Part shown: one piece after another, positions 1-7,241 of the stretch | Layout of the letters: each line of letters starts with the position of its first letter | How positions within the stretch are numbered: the stretch's first letter is position 1 | Assembly: GCA_036679605.1 (NCBI GenBank) | Contig: JAZDCZ010000082.1 | Span: 1 to 12,140, forward strand | Reading direction: 5' to 3' | Origin: Gemmatimonadota bacterium | GTDB lineage: Bacteria; Gemmatimonadota; Gemmatimonadetes; Gemmatimonadales; GWC2-71-9 | DNA length: 12,140 nucleotides | Notes under the pieces: model-generated | What the model was told of the DNA's origin: nothing | Database searches by the model: none | What the model saw: the letters and a program-made list of their open reading frames with translations, nothing else | Program-made: the position numbers and the translations under genes

Positions 1-1085
1 TCGCCCCAGCCGTGCTCCTGGAACGCCTCTTTGTGTTTGCTGCCTGCAAACAACTCTCCGTTGCCCGCGTGGCATTCTTCACAGACACGCTGCGGCGGGA
101 TTTTCGTAGCGTGGCTACCATGACAGTCATCGCAGGCGGGTGAACCTATATCACCGCGATCGAGAAGAGCTGTGCCATGCACGCTCGACCGATAGCCCTC
201 GAGCTGGTCGACGGGTAGAGGCGACCCGTCAGCGAGCATAAGCCCTTCCATTTTTTCAGCGTCGGCATGACAAAAAGCACACGTGGCCGGTACGTTCTTG
301 GGATAAACCGGCGATCTCGGATCGTTTTTTCCCAAGATGCCGTGCACACCATGGCAACTCACGCATTCCGCCGAGCGGCTTTCCTCACCATCGAGCAATG
401 CTTGGCCGTGTGCGCCGAGCTTGTACTTCGCCAACTGATCGGTGGGTAGGGTCGAGTTGAAGTGCCCGACAATATCCACGTCAGCATGGCACGTCCCGCA
501 AAAGACGGGCACCCAGGCGCGATTCATCTCCGGATAATCGTGATCCATCACATCGCTCGGATCACCCCCGTGACAACCGGCACACGAGAGCCCTTTTTGC
601 ATGTGCACATCCCTCGCCAGTCCGGCGAGGGTCATGAAGTGCGGGGACCCTCCGGCTGACGGATCCATGGAAAACAACGTCTCAGGTGTCTGCGATTCGG
701 CATCCGTGTGACACATAAAACAATTGTCCCGCAACACTACGTCGAGTTGATCCGGCGCCATGTGTGCTTTGAAGAGCTCCGCCAGGTGCTCGCTCGAGGT
801 AATATTCTCATCGGCCACAGCTTCATTGAATAAATCCTTCGCGGTTCCCGGCAAGCCGTCGAAGTACGTGCTCTCGTCAGCGCCAAGCACCGGGTTCCCC
901 GCCTGGTCTTTCCCGTTCAACAGGCCGAGTAAGGCCTCCGAAGGCTCGGTGGCCTGTCCGACTCGTGCCCCCAGCCTGTAATCAATGCCGACCGGTACCG
1001 GCGGATCGGCGTGCAGTGTGGTCAGCATCAAAAGCACCATAAACACCACGACCGCCGCTCCGAGCTGCCAACCACGAAGGGTCAT
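1..1085 (-). CDS. Periplasmic multiheme cytochrome c (at least 7 CxxCH), partial, runs off the left edge; probable c-subunit of the Rieske/cytochrome b complex
   Basis: Manual translation from ATG 1085 (ATGA overlap with the cytochrome b stop) is open to position 1: MTLRGWQLGAAVVVFMVLLMLTTLHA|DPP (Sec signal), then CFMCH, CAGCH, CGTCH, CVSCH, CAFCH, CDDCH, CEECH. Probably missing from the ORF track because no stop lies in the window. Confidence 0.93.
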   Translation of the reverse strand, partial: MTLRGWQLGAAVVVFMVLLMLTTLHADPPVPVGIDYRLGARVGQATEPSEALLGLLNGKDQAGNPVLGADESTYFDGLPGTAKDLFNEAVADENITSSEHLAELFKAHMAPDQLDVVLRDNCFMCHTDAESQTPETLFSMDPSAGGSPHFMTLAGLARDVHMQKGLSCAGCHGGDPSDVMDHDYPEMNRAWVPVFCGTCHADVDIVGHFNSTLPTDQLAKYKLGAHGQALLDGEESRSAECVSCHGVHGILGKNDPRSPVYPKNVPATCAFCHADAEKMEGLMLADGSPLPVDQLEGYRSSVHGTALLDRGDIGSPACDDCHGSHATKIPPQRVCEECHAGNGELFAGSKHKEAFQEHGWG

Positions 1086-2398
1086 CGCTGCTCCACCTCG
1101 CGCGAACCCGATACAGGCCGAAGACTCATGAACACAGCCACGGCTCCGAGCACAACGGCCACCGTCCCGGCCGCAAGATAGGACAATCCGGCGAAACCAT
1201 GGAGAGTCACATGAAGGATTTCCGTCCCACTCAAGATGAACCACCTATGCTTATAGACGGTCACACGCACGATACTCACCACCACCGCCAACCCGACCAC
1301 GTCCCAGGCTTTGAGCGTGAGATAACCAAGGAAGAAGATTGTAGCAAAGCCAAGATCGCTGAACTCCGGCGAATGCAGATCCGCGCGGGCGCGCCTATCC
1401 AGCCAAGGAATCAGTCCCCAAACAACGCCAAGAACACTGACAATCAGCAGACAGAGCTGAGGACCTTCAAAGCCGAGGATGTGTGGCGGAAACTCCTTGA
1501 GAAGCTGGTATACCCAGAGAAAGTACCATTCCGGTTTTATGCCCGGGTATGCGGGAGCCAATGGATCGGCCTTGAGCCCCAACTCCCATTCCATACCCGG
1601 AACTCCCGGCCCGTAGGGAACAAACACGGCAAGGGACAGCAAAAGGAGAAGACAGCCGAGCCACAGAAGAAGATCGCGCATGGCGAAGCTAGGGAAGAAT
1701 TTCATTCCGCGCTGTGACTTCTGATCGCCTATGGGCAACGCCATTCCCTGCCTTTGCACGAACAACAGGTGCAGAGTGATAAGGCCGACGATCGCTAAAG
1801 GCAGAATGACGACATGGAACGAGAAAAAACGATACAGCGTATTAATGGTTACGTCCGGACCGCCCCGTAACACCTCGAGAACCCATTGTCCGACGATAGG
1901 AACCGATTTCACAGAATCCGTACCGACTGTGGTCGCAAAGTAGGCAAGTTCGTTCCATGGAAGTAGATAGCCGGAAAACCCGAAACACAGCGCGAGGGCA
2001 AAAAGGGCGTAGCCAGTCACCCAGGTCAGCTCCCGCGGTGGCCGGTAGGCCTTGAGCAGGAGGACGCTGAACATGTGAACGATCAAGGAGATGATCATGA
2101 GATGCGCGCTCCAACAGTGAACCGAGCGCACCAGCCAGCCGAAAGGGACTTTCGTAGTGATATAGCGAATGCTTTCGTATGCCGTAGACTCGCCGGGACG
2201 GTAATACATGAGTAGCAACGCCCCAGTCGCCACCTGAACCATAAAAAAGAATAAGGTTGCCCCGCCCAAGAAGTACCACACCAGCGAATGCCGACCGATA
2301 GGAACTTCCTTGTGGCCAAGAAAACGGAATAGCGGCTCGAGATCGTAGCGGTCGTTCAGCCAACCACGCAATCCGCTATGTCCCGATTGCTCGTTCAC
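1082..2398 (-). CDS. petB: Cytochrome b of a Rieske/cytochrome b (bc) complex, unsplit b6 + subunit IV type, with extra C-terminal hydrophobic helices
   Basis: Motifs WYFLGG, GWLVRSVHCWSA...IVHM, PPRELTWVTG, GFSGYLLPW, FHVVILP...LH and Qo motif IKPEWYF; four heme b His present; GTGA overlap with the Rieske stop at 2395-2398. Confidence 0.95.
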   Translation of the reverse strand: MNEQSGHSGLRGWLNDRYDLEPLFRFLGHKEVPIGRHSLVWYFLGGATLFFFMVQVATGALLLMYYRPGESTAYESIRYITTKVPFGWLVRSVHCWSAHLMIISLIVHMFSVLLLKAYRPPRELTWVTGYALFALALCFGFSGYLLPWNELAYFATTVGTDSVKSVPIVGQWVLEVLRGGPDVTINTLYRFFSFHVVILPLAIVGLITLHLLFVQRQGMALPIGDQKSQRGMKFFPSFAMRDLLLWLGCLLLLLSLAVFVPYGPGVPGMEWELGLKADPLAPAYPGIKPEWYFLWVYQLLKEFPPHILGFEGPQLCLLIVSVLGVVWGLIPWLDRRARADLHSPEFSDLGFATIFFLGYLTLKAWDVVGLAVVVSIVRVTVYKHRWFILSGTEILHVTLHGFAGLSYLAAGTVAVVLGAVAVFMSLRPVSGSREVEQR

Positions 2399-2841
2399 GT
2401 CTGCTCTTGCCCAACGAATATGTTGCCATCTTCATCTTTGGTCACAACATACCGGGGAAGGGGCCGTGGCGGCGGACCCGAGATCACGCGGCCGTCCACA
2501 TCGAAACGACCGTTGTGACACGCGCACCATACTATCGACTCGTCGGCTACGTACTGGACCGTGCAGCCCTCGTGGGTGCAGTTCGCATCCAACCCGCGCA
2601 GCTCCTGATCGCTGCCGCGAAACACGATCACACGCTTACGCCCCAGGGGGACGATCGCAAAGGACTGTTGGTCGAGCTTTGTCAGGTCTCCGCGGGTAAG
2701 CCGTGCGGGACCACTCTGCACAGCAGCAGGCAAGGGCGTGAGATACCGTACGATCGGATATGCGGTACTCGCCAACCACGCAAGGACCGTGGTGCCCAGC
2801 AGCCAATCAAGAAAACTTCTCCTAGTGTGCGTACGTACCAC
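2395..2841 (-). CDS. Rieske [2Fe-2S] subunit (QcrA/PetC-like), Tat-exported
   Basis: Tat motif TRRSFL plus a hydrophobic helix; box 1 CTHEGC, box 2 CACHNG; GPPPRPL motif; GAGG about 9 nt upstream of the GTG. Confidence 0.95.
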   Translation of the reverse strand: MVRTHTRRSFLDWLLGTTVLAWLASTAYPIVRYLTPLPAAVQSGPARLTRGDLTKLDQQSFAIVPLGRKRVIVFRGSDQELRGLDANCTHEGCTVQYVADESIVWCACHNGRFDVDGRVISGPPPRPLPRYVVTKDEDGNIFVGQEQT

Positions 2842-2923
2842 GCGCTAAAGCCTCACGATCTTCGTCACTGCCTAGCCCGCGAAAGCCACGCAGGAAGTTC
2901 GCCCTCCTCGACTACCCTATGCC

Positions 2924-3370
2924 CTACTCAGACAGTCCAATTACATGATCGATGAGAGCCTCAATTTCAGCTTCCGATAGTTTCTTCTCGAAGGGCTTCA
3001 TACGCGCTTTGTCTTTGTCGTCGAAAACACCCTTGGTGACATTTTTTATCATTTCGCAGCGGTCGAATTCTGCACGGACCTTCGGGTCGGTAAGATCTTT
3101 GACCTTTTTGGCGCGACCTGCCTTCGTCTTTCCTTTCCCGTCGCTGCCGTGGCACGACTTGCAGTGCTTGCCCCACAGCGCGGACACATTGATGGCTGCA
3201 ACCGCTGACGCAGGAGCATCCGACGCCGCCTTGACGGCCATCCCGGCTACATCGTCTTCGGCACTCGCGACTGCAGCCGACATCACGAAGACGGTTGTAA
3301 CCAAACATATACCAGCAGCAACACCGAGACTTCGTGTCGACCCTTGAAGACTACGCAAACGATAGCTCAT
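2924..3370 (-). CDS. Periplasmic monoheme class I cytochrome c (c6/c553-like; positionally analogous to MtoD)
   Basis: Signal peptide ending AVASA|EDD; single CKSCH; distal Met in RMKPF; LSEAEIEALIDHV terminal helix; Lys-rich; ATGA overlap with the porin stop at 3367-3370. Confidence 0.92.
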   Translation of the reverse strand: MSYRLRSLQGSTRSLGVAAGICLVTTVFVMSAAVASAEDDVAGMAVKAASDAPASAVAAINVSALWGKHCKSCHGSDGKGKTKAGRAKKVKDLTDPKVRAEFDRCEMIKNVTKGVFDDKDKARMKPFEKKLSEAEIEALIDHVIGLSE

Positions 3371-5487
3371 GGAAATGACACCTCCATAGTTAAGGAAACA
3401 GTTGATACGTTGTAATCGCCATTCCCGCCCGTGAGTCCCTCATTATTACTGAAGAATCCATAGCGAAGCCCCACGCTGGAGGTTTCGCTGAGCTTGCGAT
3501 TAAGGCCCAAACTCACTCCGTGTTCTTCCGCACTAGAGCCGAATGGTTGACTGGTCGACGAATTGTTTTTGTAGTTACTAGCCCGGTAGAAGAAATAGCG
3601 GCCAGCAAGTTCGGTATCTTCATTCAAGGCAACGCCAGCAGTCAGAGTCGCATTCCAGTAATCATTGTCAAAATCGGTAACAAGCGCCGTAGCCGATCCG
3701 CCGAGCCCATCCGCAGGCGTATCTGTGCTACTGCTCGTATAGCCCACATCGCCCTGAACATACGAACTAGGCGACGGACTCCAGGTCACTCCGGCTCCGA
3801 GCATGCCGGTTCTCACCTCCACGCTTTCTACCTCCGTAAGCGTCCCCGATGAATTGTCCACCGAGGAAAGCATCAAATCGTAACGAAGCGTTAGGCGCAC
3901 GGAATCCAGGGCTCGCCATGCGATACGAATGTTCCCTTTCTTCTCTGCGACCTCCAGACCTCGAATGAAGGCCGGGAACCGATTACTACTCAGGGGAACG
4001 CCGGTCGAATCCACCGTGTGGCGATAATCCGTATCGCGCATGCCGTAGCTGAAGCGGCCACTCACATTAACGCGGCGATGCGGATACCAGACCGTACCGG
4101 CCGTGTATTTTTGCGCGATCAACTCGCTGTCGGTGTCTCTCTGAATATCAACCACCATGGCGCCCGCATCCGTCTCTACCTCGCGCAGGCTGCCGTCGAC
4201 CTGCTCCCAATCGCCGCGCGCGTAGACGACTAGGTGCCTGCGCCCCGTATAGCGTAGTTCCAGGCTCTCGGCGTACGACGTCGTATCGGTGGCACTAGCT
4301 ACAGTCAGAGGGGTCTGGGTGGTGGCCAGTGCCGGAGGAAACCCTACCAACGTTTCCGAAAAGGCCGACACCCCGTTTATGTCTTCGGCCTCGGCTCGGA
4401 CCGCAGCCGTAACCCGCAGGGAATCACTCGGCCGAACCATGAGGGTCAACGCACCGGTGTGAGTTCGTAGTTTCGTACTTCCCGACAAGCCGAGAAAGCC
4501 CCTATCGAAGGGCTGTCGATTGCCGGAAGCGGGGTCGAACGGAACGCCGAAGCCGGCACCATAAATACGCGCGCCTCCCAGGTCGTTGTCAAGCTCGGTG
4601 TAGGAATACGCCGTCGACAACACCACGCGGTCCTCTCCGAAACCCGTGCGAGAATATGCATACAGGTTGTACAGATCCGAGTTGCTGGTATCACGCTGCG
4701 TTACAAAGCGATCGAGCCCCGTTTGAGCGGGTTGTTGGCGAATATTACGGGAGTTGTCGACATCGGTAGATTCATAACGCATGCCGAGGCCGATTTCCGT
4801 GTCGGCCAAGGGGGCTACTATATAAGAACCGCGCAGGTTAATGATGTCGCGTTGCTCGTCTATATCGAGAAAGGTCGGGACGATTGCGCGACGACCGAGG
4901 CCGCCGGTGAGATCCGTGCTGCCCCAACTCGTGGAGTCTTTTTTGCCGTCGCGTTCGAAGTGATCGTAGCGCAAGGTCAACTCCGGCAAATCGGGCACAC
5001 GTAGTCCGGCCTCCAGCCAGGCTTGCCCACGATCCAGGGCCAAGTCCTGGTCGAAGAAAGTAATGAAGGCCCCGTTAGGCGGAAAGAATCCCCCGGCTCC
5101 GTCCGACCACGTGCGGAACTCCCGGTAACCGCCCGAGACAAAAGCCTTGTCTAGGGCCTCGTAGTCCAATCTCAACAGGTAATCGTTGTTGCCGGCGATG
5201 GCCCGGCCCTGTAATCGCAAAGTACCGTCCTCTCCGGTGAGCCATTCCAAGTAGAGTTTCTCGAGTCCCCCGATCGCATTGTCGTCGACCCGCTGCCGCT
5301 GTTTGAAGTGCGATGCATCGTCGTGGACCAGAGAACCCGTCGCTGAGACGATGATCTCTGAGTCGATCAACTCGGTTTCAGCGTAGGTCGCCCCAACCGC
5401 GACGAACATTGCTACAAACACGGCGGCCACGGCAAAAGCCAAGAGGATGACCGCGTGCCTCAGGTCAAGCCGGACTACATCTTCCAT
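3367..5487 (-). CDS. MtrB/PioB-like outer-membrane beta-barrel (porin of a porin-cytochrome complex)
   Basis: 706 aa; Sec signal (ATYA|ETE); many alternating amphipathic beta-strands rich in Y/G/S/T/D; C-terminal strand SLTMEVSF(P); no Cys; 24 nt downstream of an MtrA-like gene. The family call rests partly on size and synteny. Confidence 0.82.
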   Translation of the reverse strand: MEDVVRLDLRHAVILLAFAVAAVFVAMFVAVGATYAETELIDSEIIVSATGSLVHDDASHFKQRQRVDDNAIGGLEKLYLEWLTGEDGTLRLQGRAIAGNNDYLLRLDYEALDKAFVSGGYREFRTWSDGAGGFFPPNGAFITFFDQDLALDRGQAWLEAGLRVPDLPELTLRYDHFERDGKKDSTSWGSTDLTGGLGRRAIVPTFLDIDEQRDIINLRGSYIVAPLADTEIGLGMRYESTDVDNSRNIRQQPAQTGLDRFVTQRDTSNSDLYNLYAYSRTGFGEDRVVLSTAYSYTELDNDLGGARIYGAGFGVPFDPASGNRQPFDRGFLGLSGSTKLRTHTGALTLMVRPSDSLRVTAAVRAEAEDINGVSAFSETLVGFPPALATTQTPLTVASATDTTSYAESLELRYTGRRHLVVYARGDWEQVDGSLREVETDAGAMVVDIQRDTDSELIAQKYTAGTVWYPHRRVNVSGRFSYGMRDTDYRHTVDSTGVPLSSNRFPAFIRGLEVAEKKGNIRIAWRALDSVRLTLRYDLMLSSVDNSSGTLTEVESVEVRTGMLGAGVTWSPSPSSYVQGDVGYTSSSTDTPADGLGGSATALVTDFDNDYWNATLTAGVALNEDTELAGRYFFYRASNYKNNSSTSQPFGSSAEEHGVSLGLNRKLSETSSVGLRYGFFSNNEGLTGGNGDYNVSTVSLTMEVSFP

Positions 5488-5511
5488 TTCGCCCCCCCTG
5501 GTCTTCGTGAA

Positions 5512-6294
5512 TCAAAATCGCAGCGACGAATCGACGTTCGAGCCGTGCACGGCTTCGTGACACCCGGCGCTAAAACAGGTTCCTCGCGGCAAGAAGCCGG
5601 AATGGTCACGACCGCCGATCAGAATCGTGTTGGGATCAATCTGCTCCTGGAAGTGACACTTCAAGCACAGAGTCGCGTTGCGCTCGGTCAACATCTTGGC
5701 GTTGGGCGAACCGTGCGGACTGTGACACGTAACACAGCCCTCTCGCAGGGCTTCGTGCTCATAAACGAACGGACCTCGCTGCGCGACGTGACATCTTTCG
5801 CAGGTATCGGCCTGTGAGGTCAACTCGGTACCACCCCCTATGACCGCCGCACCTTCGTGCGGATCGTGACAGTCCGCACAACTCACTTTCGCCGTCGTCA
5901 ATTGCAGAGGACCGGTGGTCACCGGATGACTATGCGGGAGGGAAAACTGCGCACGCTTGTCCAGATGGCACTCGAAACAGGCTTCCGGAGAACGACGGGG
6001 GTTCACGATCGTGCCGCGTTCGCCTCCGGATTCTTCGTGAATACTGCCCGGGCCATGGCATGACTCGCAGCCGATGTTGATCGCTTTGTCCTCCATCCCA
6101 ACAAGCAGGGAGTGGGTCGAACCCTTGAAGCGCACAACTTTCGACTCGTGGCAATCCGCACAGGCCTCGGAACCGACAAACTCAGCTCCCGCTATTTTCG
6201 GGGGGGCCACCAGCGTCCGGCTCACCGACGCGCACGCGTAGACAAGGAGCGCCATAGCGACCACGATGACCAACCTCGCGTACGATCCCCTCAT
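5512..6294 (-). CDS. MtrA/DmsE/MtoA-family multiheme cytochrome c, shortened (7 CxxCH + 1 CX4CH), predicted lipoprotein
   Basis: MtrA-family signatures CESCHGPGS.H, QFSLPHSHPV, SCADCHDPH, CHVAQRGPFVYEH, CVTCHSPHGS, LCLKCH, CH.AVHGSN; lipobox-like LVYA|C; RBS AGGAAGG upstream of ATG 6294. Confidence 0.9.
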   Translation of the reverse strand: MRGSYARLVIVVAMALLVYACASVSRTLVAPPKIAGAEFVGSEACADCHESKVVRFKGSTHSLLVGMEDKAINIGCESCHGPGSIHEESGGERGTIVNPRRSPEACFECHLDKRAQFSLPHSHPVTTGPLQLTTAKVSCADCHDPHEGAAVIGGGTELTSQADTCERCHVAQRGPFVYEHEALREGCVTCHSPHGSPNAKMLTERNATLCLKCHFQEQIDPNTILIGGRDHSGFLPRGTCFSAGCHEAVHGSNVDSSLRF

Positions 6295-6406
6295 ATCGCC
6301 CTTCCTTTCCTTCTGTCCTTCCGGTCGGCGAAACCTGCCCTAAAGTTACGACTATTGCCAATGCAAAGTTCGTGCTCAACGCCGAGCCCGGCAAGAGTCG
6401 CGTTTT

Positions 6407-6476
6407 CTCTGATAATCAGAGGCTTAGTTTCTCATTATTCAGCCGGATCTCAATTCGCCGTCCTATTCTTGAGAAT
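6407..6476. promoter_or_regulatory. Palindromes and Fur-like half-sites in the divergent promoter region
   Basis: Perfect 7-1-7 inverted repeat CTCTGAT-A-ATCAGAG (6407-6421, contains GATAAT); AATAATGAGAA on the minus strand (6429-6439); ATTCT-TG-AGAAT (6465-6476). Regulator identity is inferred. Confidence 0.4.
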
Positions 6477-6511
6477 CGTCTCCGGGCATGTGGAGCTTCA
6501 AAGTTATAGTT

Positions 6512-6520
6512 TGTTATAAT
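6512..6520 (+). promoter_or_regulatory. Extended -10 sigma70-type promoter element for the Ddn-family gene
   Basis: TGtTATAAT is an exact TGn-TATAAT match in an AT-rich patch, ending 35 nt before ATG 6556. Confidence 0.6.
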
Positions 6521-6555
6521 TTGTATAGGCCCGGCTTAAGGTCTATGTCTCCAAT

Positions 6556-7065
6556 ATGGCGAAACAGACAGCCCCGGCCTCAACCAGCCGTACCGGACGG
6601 CGGTTTCCTCGACCACTGCGTGCGGTCGAACACGCGATCACTCGTTTCCACAACCTCGTATATAGAACATCCGGTGGGCGCTGGGGGAACACATTCATGA
6701 AGGCCCCCGTCCTGCTACTCACGACCATCGGACGAAAGAGTGGAAAGAAGCGAACATCGCCGCTTTTGTACTTGGCCGACGGTGACGACGTTATTCTCGT
6801 CGCATCTCATGGCGGTGACATCAACGATCCCGCATGGTGTCACAATTTGCGAGTGAATCCGGCAGCAGAGATCGAACTCAGAGGCGACGCACGTAAGATG
6901 CGGGCCGTGTTTATCGACGACGCTGAACGCGAGCGGCTCTGGCCCGCACTGGTCAAGATGTATAGTTCTTATCAATCCTACCAGAATGCAACGTCAAGAA
7001 AGATTCCTGTCATCCGACTGCGTCCCACAGGCGATCGGGCCAGCCGCAACAGGGCCGCTCCTTAA
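6556..7065 (+). CDS. Deazaflavin (F420H2)-dependent nitroreductase/quinone reductase, Ddn (FDOR-A) family
   Basis: Family motifs PVLLLTTIGRKSGKKRTSPL, VASHGG...PAWCHNLRVNP, ERERLW, YQSYQ..TSRKIPVIRL; N-terminal amphipathic helix. Confidence 0.93.
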   Translation: MAKQTAPASTSRTGRRFPRPLRAVEHAITRFHNLVYRTSGGRWGNTFMKAPVLLLTTIGRKSGKKRTSPLLYLADGDDVILVASHGGDINDPAWCHNLRVNPAAEIELRGDARKMRAVFIDDAERERLWPALVKMYSSYQSYQNATSRKIPVIRLRPTGDRASRNRAAP

Positions 7066-7241
7066 CCCCCAAACCGAACGGCATTTCCTTGGCGTCGACT
7101 CGCTGACCGTGGGAGTATGCCTTGCCAAAGAACATAGTGGGCCCTGGAGATTAAACCCAATAACCGCCGGCAAAATGCTCCAAAAGACCTGCAATGCGGG
7201 GCTCCCAGCGCTACTTCCACTGGCGCATAAGCACAGCCCCA

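Noticed and set aside
6344..6361. Sigma54 promoter on the minus strand (TTGGCA...) upstream of the MtrA-like gene
   Set aside because: The -24 GG is present but there is no GC at the -12 position (TGGCAATAGTCGTAAC).
146..6519. Plus-strand and alternative-frame ORFs over the conduit operon (e.g. 1199..1717, 2407..2955, 1842..2363, 6112..6519)
   Set aside because: Shadow ORFs of motif-rich genes in GC-rich DNA, with no recognisable motifs.
7066..7241. Terminator or small gene between the convergent Ddn gene and SDR remnant
   Set aside because: No convincing GC stem with a U-tract, and ORFs 6986..7261 and 6994..7245 lack recognisable features.
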